A stretch of 63,628 nucleotides of DNA, filler included, from Octopus bimaculoides (Eukaryota): assembly GCF_001194135.2 (NCBI RefSeq). It is 6 parts of 5 records of this genome, joined end to end, with 100 filler letters (N's around TTAATTAATTAA, not from the genome) between each part and the next. Parts side by side here need not be neighbours in the genome. Positions count along the whole stretch, not along the records: positions 24,355 to 43,853 come from NC_068989.1; 5 more parts are not named here. One strand, given 5' to 3'. Positions 26,484 through 38,580 of this stretch are shown here, piece after piece. The stretch's first letter is position 1. Each line of letters opens with the position of its first letter. The translations under genes were made by a program, and so were the position numbers. The notes beneath the pieces are model-generated. The model was not told the origin of the DNA and searched no databases. It was given only the letters and a program-made list of their open reading frames with translations.

Positions 26484-27476
26484 GGATCTATTTCAAAACG
26501 GGGGCACCAGTTTTCATTTATGTTTTATGTAGTGTTTTTGGTACCGAAACACTTTCAAACTTCGTATACTTATCTATTTTGTGTTNNNNNNNNNNNNNNN
26601 NNNNNNNNNNNNNNNNNNNNNNNNNNNNNNNNNNNNNNNNNNNNNNNNNNNNNNNNNNNNNNNNNNNNNNNNNNNNNNNNNNNNNNNNNNNNNNNNNNNN
26701 NNNNNNNNNNNNNNNNNNNNNNNNNNNNNNNNNNNNNNNNNNNNNNNNNNNNNNNNNNNNNNNNNNNNNNNNNNNNNNNNNNNNNNNNNNNNNNNNNNNN
26801 NNNNNNNNNNNNNNNNNNNNNNNNNNNNNNNNNNNNNNNNNNNNNNNNNNNNNNNNNNNNNNNNNNNNNNNNNNNNNNNNNNNNNNNNNNNNNNNNNNNN
26901 NNNNNNNNNNNNNNNNNNNNNNNNNNNNNNNNNNNNNNNNNNNNNNNNNNNNNNNNNNNNNNNNNNNNNNNNNNNNNNNNNNNNNNNNNNNNNNNNNNNN
27001 NNNNNNNNNNNNNNNNNNNNNNNNNNNNNNNNNNNNNNNNNNNNNNNNNNNNNNNNNNNNNNNNNNNNNNNNNNNNNNNNNNNNNNNNNNNNNNNNNNNN
27101 NNNNNNNNNNNNNNNNNNNNNNNNNNNNNNNNNNNNAAAATTGTTATACACATAGATACGCACATCGTAATTTATTATATAAACAATATATGCGTATAAA
27201 TTACGATTAAACCGGATGAAATATGTCACAGGGAATAACATTTTTATGACGGCCCAGCAGTAACTCTATTCAGCTGAATAGACGTCAGTGATTGGTTGAA
27301 ATTACAGAAATACGACAACTTTAACATGGAATAACTTGCGATGTACGTCTTTTTGTTAAGAAGACTAAGAGTAAAAGATGTTTTATATGACACATTCTAC
27401 CGGTGTCCCAAGTTTCAAAGTCTTTCGTTAGTGTTTCGTTAAGAAAATACTGGTGCCCCCGTTTTGAAATAGATCC
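26484..27476. mobile_element. Non-autonomous DNA transposon, 27-bp perfect TIRs, 8-bp TSD (Merlin- or hAT-type)
   Basis: GGATCTATTTCAAAACGGGGGCACCAG at 26484 and its exact complement ending 27476; ACTACAAC at 26476-26483 and 27477-27484; interior partly a gap. Confidence 0.88.
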
Positions 27477-27696
27477 ACTACAACTACTACTATCACTGCT
27501 GCTGATGTTGCTACTGATACTACTGATTCTACTGCTGATACTACCACTAATATACTACTGCTGCTACTACTACTACTATTACTATCAGTGCTGTCATCTT
27601 TGAAACTATCATCAACGACTGCGTCACTACGATACTGGCTCTGTCATGAGATATGCAATTGAGCATGCCAAGATAAATAACTCGCAGGGTTTTACT

Positions 27697-27710
27697 GCCC
27701 CCTGGCGGCC
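27697..27710 (-). promoter_or_regulatory. CTCF-like binding motif
   Basis: GCCCCCTGGCGGCC matches the core CTCF consensus GCCCCCTGGTGGCC in AT-rich surroundings. Confidence 0.4.
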
Positions 27711-27839
27711 CCCTTGATTGGTCCAGGTATAGACAGTGTTTTCAACATCATCTTTAGGCAATGGGTAACCAATGTGTCCCTTAAAGTTAAAATCGAACGT
27801 AAACTTCAAAAGATATCAGGTACTAATACAGTGTTGACA

Positions 27840-28345
27840 TGAGCTTCAATAGATAAGTCGAAGGGGCTTACTGCACCCGTAGGGGTCCCTTTGATAAGTT
27901 CAAGTAAAAGTTCATGTTTTCACCTTCCTCTGTTAGCCAAAGGTTATCAATACGTCTCGTTTCGTGGAAACCAAACTCGAACTCGAGCTGTTATGACGTT
28001 TTGTTGCATTGATGATATCAACTTCCACATTCATCAAATTCAGGTCTCCTACCTGAATTTTTGCGCAAGTGCATGCCTGCAAATTTGTAGGTCATAAGCA
28101 AACAAAAGATTAATTTTGGTGAAGATGAGAGGCAAACTGCAGGAAATTTGGGGCCTTTATGCAGTTGTATTGCTGACTCCAAGAGAGGCCTAAGGGGGTT
28201 ATCTACCCCGGGAGTGGCGCAACAATCGATGTACGGAAAAATAAAATAGCCTACAACGCATAATAGGGCTTCAGAAACTTATGTATGAAATTTGGTTCAA
28301 ATCGGTTGTAAAATGTAGAAATGCATGCAGTTACACAGACAGACA
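27840..28345 (+). mobile_element. Possible Helitron/Helentron-associated non-autonomous element
   Basis: ATGAAATTTGGTTCAAATCGGTTG...CACAGACAGACAGACA end motif typical of such elements; no coding support. Confidence 0.35.
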
Positions 28346-28364
28346 GACATCTGTATTATATACT

Positions 28365-28845
28365 TTTTACTCTTTTACTCTTTTACTTGTTTCGGTCACT
28401 TCACTGTGGCCATGCTCGAGCACCGCCTTTGGTCGAGCAAATCGGCCCCAAGACTTATTCTTTGTAAGCCTAGTACTTATTCTATCGGGCTGTTTTGCCG
28501 AATCGCTACATTACGGGGACGTAAACACACCAGCATCGGTTGTCAAGCGATGTTGGGGAGACAAACACAGACACACAAACATATACACACATATACATAT
28601 ATATATANNNNNNNNNNCACACCAGCATCGGTTGTCAAGCGATGTTGGGGAGACAAACACAGACACACAAACATATACACACATATACATATATACGACG
28701 GGCTTCTTTCAGCTTCCGTCTACCAAATCCACTCACAAGGCTTTGGTCGGCGCGAAGCTATAGTAGAAGACACTTGCCCAAGATGCCACGCAGTGGGACT
28801 GAACCCGGAACCATGTGGTTTGTAAGTAAGCCACTCCTACGCCTA
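28365..28845 (-). mobile_element. SINE family B (tRNA head, internal (TA)n/(TG)n, RTE-like tail)
   Basis: Minus head AGGCGTAGGAGTGGCT...GGTTCAGTCCC with Pol III A/B boxes; tail CAGCATGGCC.CAGT..TGAC.GAAACAAGTAAAAGAGT. Confidence 0.85.
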
Positions 28846-29583
28846 TATATATATACATAATATGTGTATGTATATATGTATACATCCTCTGTAATGTATT
28901 ATGTATGTATGTATGTATGTATGTATGTATGCATGTATATATGCATGTTTGTATGTATGTATGTATGTATGTATGTATACGTGTGTTGTGCAAAGATTCA
29001 GCGTTAATAAATAATAAATTTTCATATTTTTTTCCCCCGGTCTAACATGAAGTCATTGGAAGTAAGAAATACCAACCGTGGACATCATCTACAAAGCAAA
29101 GCAAAATTAAACGATTGATGTTCTGTTCTCAAAATATACAATGACTTACATCTCGTACAGAAACAATAATCTTAACCGGGTGTTGATAATTCGGCAATAT
29201 TTATAATAATACATCATAAGGAACAGCTATGAGCGATTATAAGCGCTGTATAAATTATGATATACATATGTACATAAGTTACAATATGAGCGTATGTGCT
29301 GCCGTTGCTCTGAGTGTTCTGATTCAAATAAACATGTAGTTGAAGAAAGTAACTTTTACTTTTGTCTCATATGTTAGGTTTACTTCTTAATTTTTTTTTT
29401 ATTAAAGATAAAACTATAACACTAGGCAGTAGTACCATTCGTTACCTCTCTATTTATATCACCTTCCAGGTGCACATGTTCTATAACAAGATGCGACGAT
29501 ATTGTTTAGATAAGATAAAATCACATATTCAAACTGATTCTCTCATGTTTTGTTTACACACACACACACACACAGAGGCATGC

Positions 29584-29668
<85 letters not shown>

Positions 29669-29805
29669 GAGATGTACTTGCATAGCAAGCGACCTGATCT
29701 GAGACTGTGTGCTGGAACAAAAATAATTGCAGCGTGGAAGGTGTTTATAAGCCATTTAGAATAACACACAAAAACCGTTAGATTCACTTCAACATTTAAA
29801 TTTAA

Positions 29806-29858
29806 TTTGTCAAAAATATTTTCGTCGCTTTGAGACCGCGACCTGTTGAGTGACAAAA
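29806..29858 (-). ncRNA. Decayed hammerhead variant (left arm)
   Basis: Minus: UUUGUCA-CUCAACA-G-GUCGC[GGUCUCAAA]GCGAC-GAA-AAUAUU-U-UUGACAAA; stems intact, core altered. Confidence 0.45.
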
Positions 29859-29871
29859 TTCTGTGCTGAAT

Positions 29872-29922
29872 TTTTTCAGTGAACAGGTCGCGGTCTCAAA
29901 TCGACGAAAATATTTTGACAAA
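29872..29922 (+). ncRNA. Hammerhead variant with G3-C8 core (GUGAACA)
   Basis: UUUUUCA-GUGAACA-G-GUCGC[GGUCUCAAA]UCGAC-GAA-AAUAUU-U-UGACAAA; the two arms together give fully paired stems I and II. Confidence 0.6.
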
Positions 29923-30087
29923 TTAAATTTAAATGTTGAAGTGAATCTAACGGTTTTTGTGTGTTTCTTTGTTTGAGTTTAACCTAAAGATTAAATTACA
30001 TAATTAAATCATTTTATTAGGCAGAATCTCATCAGAGGGCTAGAATGATATACAACACCTAATAACCTAACGGTATATCTTTTCTAC

Positions 30088-30168
30088 CTCTCTGATGAGA
30101 TTTTGTCTAATACAATGGTTTAGCTATTGTAATTTAGTCTTTAGACTAAATTGAAACAGCTGTAAGAG
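30088..30168 (+). ncRNA. Type I hammerhead with extended stem II
   Basis: CUCU-CUGAUGA-[GAUUUUGUCUAA...UUAGACUAAAUU]-GAAAC-AGCU-GUA-AGAG; palindromic stem III ACAGCUGU; predicted cut after 30164. Confidence 0.75.
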
Positions 30169-30336
30169 AATATGTTGGATCTTGTAGTTAATAAATTATA
30201 TTACCACTGGTTTCACGTACATTATTGCAATTAGCAATATAGGTGACCAATCACAACACCTGGCCAATGCACTTGGTGTTTCTGCGACACCTGTATAAGC
30301 TGATGTTGAAATGTCTTTCAATAATTCAAACATGTT

Positions 30337-30385
<49 letters not shown>

Positions 30386-30392
30386 TTATGTA

Positions 30393-30613
30393 TACGAGAA
30401 AGTACTGAAAAGTTCCTTGCTTTGGGTAAAAGAAAATACAGGAGGATCAGTTAATTACGATTTTCTTCAACATATTCCCCTCTCAGATTCACGCACTTAT
30501 TGCACGGACCCTTCAGTTTTTCTAAGCCCTGTAAAAGAACACGGAAGGTTGGGCCTTTAACCAGGACTTTCACAATACCCTTAAACCCAGGAACTATTCA
30601 CTACCTCCTCATA
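30393..30613. mobile_element. Mariner-type MITE
   Basis: TA|CGAGAAAGTACTGAAAAGTTCCT ... CCAGGAACTATTCACTACCTCCTCA|TA; related ends near 37.5 and 57.5 kb. Confidence 0.7.
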
Positions 30614-31473
30614 TACATACATACATATATGTGTGTGTATGTGTGTATTTATATACATTTGTATTTATATATTTGTGCCTATATATCTATATATGTATGT
30701 ATGCATGCATGCATGAATGTATGTGTATATGTATGTATGTGTATATATGTGTATGTGTTTGTCTGCGTGCGTTGTACGCGTCTGTCTATGCCTATATATG
30801 TGTATATGCGTACGTATGAGTTCGTATAACTTAAAGAAACGCCATATTTACTTGAGCCTTGCAAATATGTAATATCTATAGGGATTTTATTATTTGTTTT
30901 CTTGTTAGTTTTTATTCAGTTCTTCTTGGCTTCTTTCCTTGAAAGATGTTTACCGACGCATGCTCAACCAAAACCAACCTTATCTCTCCATGTTAATGTC
31001 TACCTAATAGAGAGAGAGAAAGAGAAAGAGAAAGAGAGAGAGGAGCTGTAAAAAGGGAGTAATGTCTAAGGGACAACAACTGAGTCTGACAAGTGTAGTG
31101 GGCAGAAAACCAATAGCCAATCGACCTCTGGAGATGTCAGGACGGTTAAACTAGTCATGGCAATTGACATATCTTGACAACACTCGCGATGACGAAGAAG
31201 ACGACAACGATGACGCGAAGGACAAAGACGGAGGCGGAATAAGAAATAGGTGGAGGAAGGGGAAGAGGAGGGCCGCCGTGGTGAGCGCACGTAAACAATG
31301 AAGCTGTTTACATGTAATGCATGACTTTACGTGGGTTCTTGTGCTTTCCATATGCATTATGGCTTTATTTACAACACCTGCTCCTTGACTTAACAGATTC
31401 TCTACTCCACAGGCATTTTTTTTTTCATTTTTTTTTTTGTCGTTTCACTCTTCTTTTTCCTATTGTTATCGCT

Positions 31474-31516
<43 letters not shown>

Positions 31517-33251
31517 NNNNNNNNNNNNNNNNNNNNNNNNNNNNNNNNNNNNNNNNNNNNNNNNNNNNNNNNNNNNNNNNNNNNNNNNNNNNNNNNNNNN
31601 NNNNNNNNNNNNNNNNNNNNNNNNNNNNNNNNNNNNNNNNNNNNNNNNNNNNNNNNNNNNNNNNNNNNNNNNNNNNNNNNNNNNNNNNNNNNNNNNNNNN
31701 NNNNNNNNNNNNNNNNNNNNNNNNNNNNNNNNNNNNNNNNNNNNNNNNNNNNNNNNNNNNNNNNNNNNNNNNNNNNNNNNNNNNNNNNNNNNNNNNNNNN
31801 NNNNNNNNNNNNNNNNNNNNNNNNNNNNNNNNNNNNNNNNNNNNNNNNNNNNNNNNNNNNNNNNNNNNNNNNNNNNNNNNNNNNNNNNNNNNNNNNNNNN
31901 NNNNNNNNNNNNNNNNNNNNNNNNNNNNNNNNNNNNNNNNNNNNNNNNNNNNNNNNNNNNNNNNNNNNNNNNNNNNNNNNNNNNNNNNNNNNNNNNNNNN
32001 NNNNNNNNNNNNNNNNNNNNNNNNNNNNNNNNNNNNNNNNNNNNNNNNNNNNNNNNNNNNNNNNGTCGAGTTTACCTTTCATCCTTTGGGGGTCGATAAA
32101 TTAAGTACCAGTCAAGTACGGGGATTGATCTAATCAACTAGCCACCCTCCCCAAAAATGTCGGGCATTGTGCCTAGAGTAAGATTATTATTATTATTATT
32201 ATTATTATCGAAGGCGCGGCGTGTTGGCAGAATCGTTAGCACGCCGGACAAAATGCTTAATGGTATTTCGTCTGCCACTACGTTCTAAGTTCAAAATCCA
32301 CCGAGTCGACTTTGCCCTTCATCCTTTCGGGGTTGATTAAAGAAGTACCAGTTACGCAGTGGTAATCGACTTAATCCCTTCTTCTAAATTTGAGACCATG
32401 AACTTCCAGCAGAAAGATTTATTATTATTATTATTATTATTGGGTGAGAGAGCAGTGCATACACTCAGAATGACACTGGGGTAAAATATAGGAAGCCCCA
32501 TATACCCATCATGACTACCCGTCTGATACGGGTACACCAGGCACATGCATCACAACCATATGTGCGCGACACGGTGATCTTATATCAAGATAAACAGCAC
32601 ATGATTTTGCTGGTGGGGCCCAGTTAGAATTTTCTGCAGGTTGAGTAACCCATCCGCTTAAAAGGTCCCCGAATAAGTGCAGTTTAAGGATGTAGAACGA
32701 ATTACCCACGCTTTCAAAAGTGATTTATTCAAACCCCAAAGAATTTCTCTCAACACATGGCTATGATGTTCCTCCGTTACTTCTGCTCTTGATCAGTGAT
32801 GCACATATCGTCAGCCACCAAAGTTCATGTTCAACTGGTTAAGGCCAAACAACTGACAAGCAAATCTGTGATATTAAGCAGAATATTTGCTGTAGGCCAT
32901 CTTTTTATACTAAGACAAAACAACGTACATGATAACACTTCCAATCAATTAAGATCAGAAGCCATGAGAGCCACTGCCTGCTATTTATTGTCTTTGCACA
33001 ACTTCTATCCCTGTGAATTAACATANNNNNNNNNNNNNNNNNNNNNNNNNNNNNNNNNNNNNNNNNNNNNNNNNNNNNNNNNNNNNNNNNNNNNNNNNNN
33101 NNNNNNNNNNNNNNNNNNNNNNNNNNNNNNNNNNNNNNNNNNNNNNNNNNNNNNNNNNNNNNNNNNNNNNNNNNNNNNNNNNNNNNNNNNNNNNNNNNNN
33201 NNNNNNNNNNNNNNNNNNNNNNNNNNNNNNNNNNNNNNNNNNNNNNNNNNN

Positions 33252-33286
<35 letters not shown>

Positions 33287-33318
33287 CATCACCATCATTA
33301 TCATCATCATTATTATTA

Positions 33319-33373
<55 letters not shown>

Positions 33374-34210
33374 TATTATTATTGTTAAGGCAGTGAGCTG
33401 GTGAAATCGTTAACAAGCCGAGTAAAATGCTCAAGCGGAGCGATAAAATAAAAATACCAGTTTAATACTGAGGATTTCGATGGAATCGATTTAACCTACC
33501 GTTCCGAAATTACTGGCCTTGTGCCAAAAATTTCAAATCGTTATTATTATTGTTGTTGTTGTTGTTGTTGTTGTTGTATGTGTTGAAGGTATGTGACTGG
33601 CACTGTTCTCTTTCCCTTCTTTCTCCGTCTCTATCGTTCATTGACCTTGTCTCTTTTCCTCTCTGTCTCCCTCTGTTCCTTTCTTTCTGTGTCCCTCTTT
33701 GTCTGTTTGTTTCTTTCTCTCTTCCTTTCTCTCTCTCTCTTTCTCTCTGTCACTCTCTCTAGCTCTATCTCCCTTTCGCCCTCTTTCTTTCTCTCTCTAT
33801 CACCCTCTGTCTGTCTCTAACTATCTCTCTCTCTCTCTCTACATAAATCTCTCTGTCCCTATCTCTATCTATTCCCTTCTCTCCTCCCTATTTCTCTCTC
33901 CCTCTCTCTGTTTTTCTGTCCATCTGTCTTTCTCTCTCTCTCTCTTTCCTTCACTCTCTCTCTTTCTCTCTGTCACTCTCTCTAGCTCTCTCTCCCTTTC
34001 GCTTTCTTTCTTTCTCTCTCTATCACCCTCTGTCTGTCTCTAACTATCTCTCCCTTTCTACATATCTCTCTGTCTCTATCTCTATCTATTCCCCTCTCTC
34101 CCTCCCTATTTCTCTCTCTCTCTCTCTCCCTGTTTATCTGTTCATCTGTCTTTCTCTCTTTTCTTCACTCTCTCTCTTTCTCTCTCTCCTTCACTCACTC
34201 TCCCTCCCCA

Positions 34211-34254
<44 letters not shown>

Positions 34255-34753
34255 GACATAATAAGCTTCCTCTTTATCCACTTACGTCTGAAGCGAAATA
34301 AATNNNNNNNNNNTAAGCTTCCTCTTTATCCACTTACGTCTGAAGCGAAATAAATATTCACCAGAACACACATCCACACACACACACACACACACACAAA
34401 TACACACACATGCACAGAGATTCAAACACACTCACCTAACATAATACACATACATACACGAACACACGAATACACGAACACAAACATATACAAACCCATA
34501 TACAATTACATACACACACATACATATGCACACAAAATAACGCATTCTCATGTCCACACGTTTCCTTCAGGACGTGTTTCCCTGCTTATAAAATGCGTCC
34601 AGCATTGAGAAGACAACTACTTATGTTCTAATGTAAACCTGTGTACACTTGTANNNNNNNNNNNNNNNNNNNNNNNNNNNNNNNNNNNNNNNNNNNNNNN
34701 NNNNNNNNNNNNNNNNNNNNNNNNNNNNNNNNNNNNNNNNNNNNNNNNNNNNN

Positions 34754-34785
<32 letters not shown>

Positions 34786-34979
34786 GTGTGTGTGTGTATA
34801 TAGATAGATATAAATATAGATATATATATACATACAAACATATATATACACACACACATATATACACACACACATATATGTATATATATATGTATATATA
34901 TACATATATGTATATATTTATATATATAATATATATTTACATTTATATAGATAGATACATATCTAAATACATATATAGT

Positions 34980-35034
<55 letters not shown>

Positions 35035-35584
35035 NNNNNNNNNNNNNNNNNNNNNNNNNNNNNNNNNNNNNNNNNNNNNNNNNNNNNNNNNNNNNNNNNN
35101 NNNNNNNNNNNNNNNNNNNNNNNNNNNNNNNNNNNNNNNNNNNNNNNNNNNNNNNNNNNNNNNNNNNNNNNNNNNNNNNNNNNNNNNNNNNNNNNNNNNN
35201 NNNNNNNNNNNNNNNNNNNNNNNNNNNNNNNNNNNNNNNNNNNNNNNNNNNNNNNNNNNNNNNNNNNNNNNNNNNNNNNNNNNNNNNNNNNNNNNNNNNN
35301 NNNNNNNNNNNNNNNNNNNNNNNNNNNNNNNNNNNNNNNNNNNNNNNNNNNNNNNNNNNNNNNNNNNNNNNNNNNNNNNNNNNNNNNNNNNNNNNNNNNN
35401 NNNNNNNNNNNNNNNNNNNNNNNNNNNNNNNNNNNNNNNNNNNNNNNNNNNNNNNNNNNNNNNNNNNNNNNNNNNNNNNNNNNNNNNNNNNNNNNNNNNN
35501 NNNNNNNNNNNNNNNNNNNNNNNNNNNNNNNNNNNNNNNNNNNNNNNNNNNNNNNNNNNNNNNNNNNNNNNNNNNNNNNNNNNN

Positions 35585-35643
<59 letters not shown>

Positions 35644-36193
35644 TGCGTGCGCGCGTCTGTATTAAATTTACTCGTTTGAAGCATACAGGTTGTCTGACAA
35701 GAAACTGCGTAATTGTACGCATGTATTACGTAAGTATTATGTATGTATGTACGTTAGAACGTATGTATGCCTTATGTGCGCACGTATGTGTGTATGTATG
35801 CATTATGTATGTATATGTGTGTGCCTGTGTTATTCACGTGTGTATGATTATTATTGCTTCGTATCTATGCGTGTATGTGTTTGCGTGACCAGGTGTAGAG
35901 TGTATGTCTCTGTATATCTTATTAGTTCGAGAATTTGTGTGTTTGTAATTATGTGTTGTGTGTGTGTGTATGTCTGTGTGTGTGTGTGCGTGTTTGTGTG
36001 TGTGCGTATATGTGTGTGTCTGCTAGTGTCTGAGTGTGTGTGTGGCTGTAAAGTTACACTTCTTATTTGATGTATACAGGTTGTTGTCTTGCGTGAAAAA
36101 TTATCTGGGTTTCTGAAGGTGTATGTATGTATGTATGTATGTATGCCTTTGCATGTATATGTTTGTGTGGCAGTGGGTGTTCGTTAGATTGAT

Positions 36194-36244
<51 letters not shown>

Positions 36245-36743
36245 GTGTGTGTGAGTGCGCATTTATAGTAATTTTATTTGTTTGAAGTCTATATGTTATC
36301 AGAGAACATGGAACTCTGTGTGTACGTGTGTCTGTGTGTTTATGTGTATGTGTTTGTTTGTGTGCATGTGTATGTGTGTACCTGTGCGCGTATGTGTATG
36401 TGTTTGTGAGTATGCATGTGTGTGTGTGTGCGTCTGTTTGTGTATGTGTATGTGTGTCTGTGTGCATGTGTGTGTGTGTACCTGTGCGCGTATGTGTATG
36501 TGTTTGTGAGTATGCATGTGTGTGTGTGTGCGTCTGTTTGTGCATGTNNNNNNNNNNCGCGTATGTGTATGTGTTTGTGAGTATGCATGTGTGTGTGTGT
36601 GCGTCTGTTTGTGCATGTGTATGTGTTTGTCTGTGTGCATGTGTGTGTGTATATGTTTGTGAGTATGCAAGTGCTTATGTGTGTGCATGTGTGTGTATGT
36701 GTATGTATGCATGTGTGTGTGTTTGTGTGTGTATGCATGTGTG

Positions 36744-36793
<50 letters not shown>

Positions 36794-37784
36794 TATATAT
36801 AGAATGTGAAATGTTGAAGTATTATGTGTGAGTATATGGTTTGTATGTGTGTATTTGTGTGTGCTTGTTTACGTCTGCGTGTTTGATTCTGATTGGGTTT
36901 ATCTTTGTACGTGTGTATGTATGTGTATGTGTGTGTAAAATACCAACTATTGTAGCAGAGATTATATGTATTTGTGTGTGTGTGTGTGTTTGCGTTTACG
37001 TCTGTACGTCTGTGCAAACGTGAATACAGTATATCTGTGTGTGTGTGTGTGTAGATGTGTGACCGCACGCATGCGTGCATCTAATATATATGCACGCAAA
37101 CATGGCCGATTGTTTTTAAGAAGTTTGCTTTGCAACCATATCCAAGATTCGATCCCACGTACAACGCAGTCCCTTGAGCTAAACCTTCACTTTTATATCT
37201 TAGCTTCGGAAAGTTAATACGCGGAAATTGGAAGGAATCCTGTGTAATGGTACCTTTAACTGAAAGGATTAGTCTTGTCACACACATCATGTCACGCTGA
37301 TTCTACTTAAAGGTTGCTAAAATTAATCGTTCTGTGGAATACCCGACCACTTCGCAACAGAATTACATAAAGTGCAGAAACATTCGTAGAATACTTTGTC
37401 TTTTTGGTGGATTTCTTGTCCGCCATTCCCTACAGATTAACCTGCACAGGTGATTTAGATTATAGTCTATAGTGATTAAACGTTTCCATATTTAAGAGAT
37501 GCGGAATTATGTATCGGGCTGTTCGGAAAGTTCCTGCCGATTTTTAAAGGAAAGAAAAAGCTCAATAAATACTTGCCATTACCTTTTTAATCAACCAAGT
37601 ATGAACTATTTTGTTGCACAATGCGTCTCCATCTTTCCTTTAACTTGAAAATACTCTCTTTTGAGGTGGTTTCATGACAAATAAGTCGAAAGGTAAGCTA
37701 CTATAAATCGGCACGAACTTTCCAGACAACCCAATACATTATGTACATTATTTGCATTACTTACATTTGACGGATATTTGTCCT

Positions 37785-37830
37785 AACACAACGTTTCGGC
37801 TGGTATGCCCTCCAGCCTTCATCAGGTTTC
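37785..37830 (-). ncRNA. Minimal Penelope-type hammerhead, canonical core
   Basis: Minus: GAAAC-CUGAUGA-A-GGCUGG[AGGGCAUA]CCAGCC-GAAAC-GUU-GUGUU; stem I pairs 4 of 5. Confidence 0.7.
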
Positions 37831-37877
37831 TTGGGGAAATTTAGAACCTGGGTTCTCATTCCTAATGTATTCTTCGA

Positions 37878-37921
<44 letters not shown>

Positions 37922-38443
37922 TCACTGCCTAGAATCGACCTCGGAATCTTGGGGTTAGTAGCCCGCTCTCTTAACTGCTACGTCATATGCTCATGGGCAT
38001 ATAGATAATAATTAAACGTTTGTTTTGTACATTGGCGTATTTCTTCCATTAAATCGGTATTGCTTGTACAGGTGTACGGTGTACCACGTGTCAGGTTTCG
38101 AAGTGATCCGAGAGCAACATTAGGTGAAGTGGTTTTTGCTCAAGAACACGATGTATGCACTGCTCCGGGAATCGAGACTGTGACCTTGCGACCATGAGTA
38201 CAACACCCTAACCGCTGGGCCACACGCCTTTGTACTTAACCAACTAAACACTAATTCAATAAACTCGTCGAGCTAGCAGGTACGTTAACACGTAAAATAA
38301 GTACCAGTTGACCACTGGGGTCGATGTAATCGACTTACCCCCTCCTTCGGAATTGCCGGCCTTGTGCCAAAATTTGAAACCAATCAATAAGTAGTTTGAA
38401 CAACATTTGATTGTTACAGTAAAGATTGTTTACCAACATAACA

Positions 38444-38580
38444 TGGCAGTCCTGTTGTTGTAATTTAGCCCCAGGAGACATCGTCTCCAGCTGGCTATAC
38501 GACATGATCTCTGTCCTAGCTGGAGATGATGTCTCCTGGGGATAAATTACAACAACATTAGTCCTAAACCAGGACTGCCA
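38444..38580. mobile_element. Fold-back MITE
   Basis: TGGCAGTCCTG..TTGTTGTAATTTA.CCCCAGGAGACATC.TCTCCAGCT mirrored as AGCTGGAGA.GATGTCTCCTGGGG.TAAATTACAACAA..CAGGACTGCCA. Confidence 0.75.

Noticed and set aside
34263-34360. Direct duplications flanking short (~10-14 N) gaps (also ~28609, 36548, 48338, 50193, 50898)
   Set aside because: Overlapping contig ends left unmerged.
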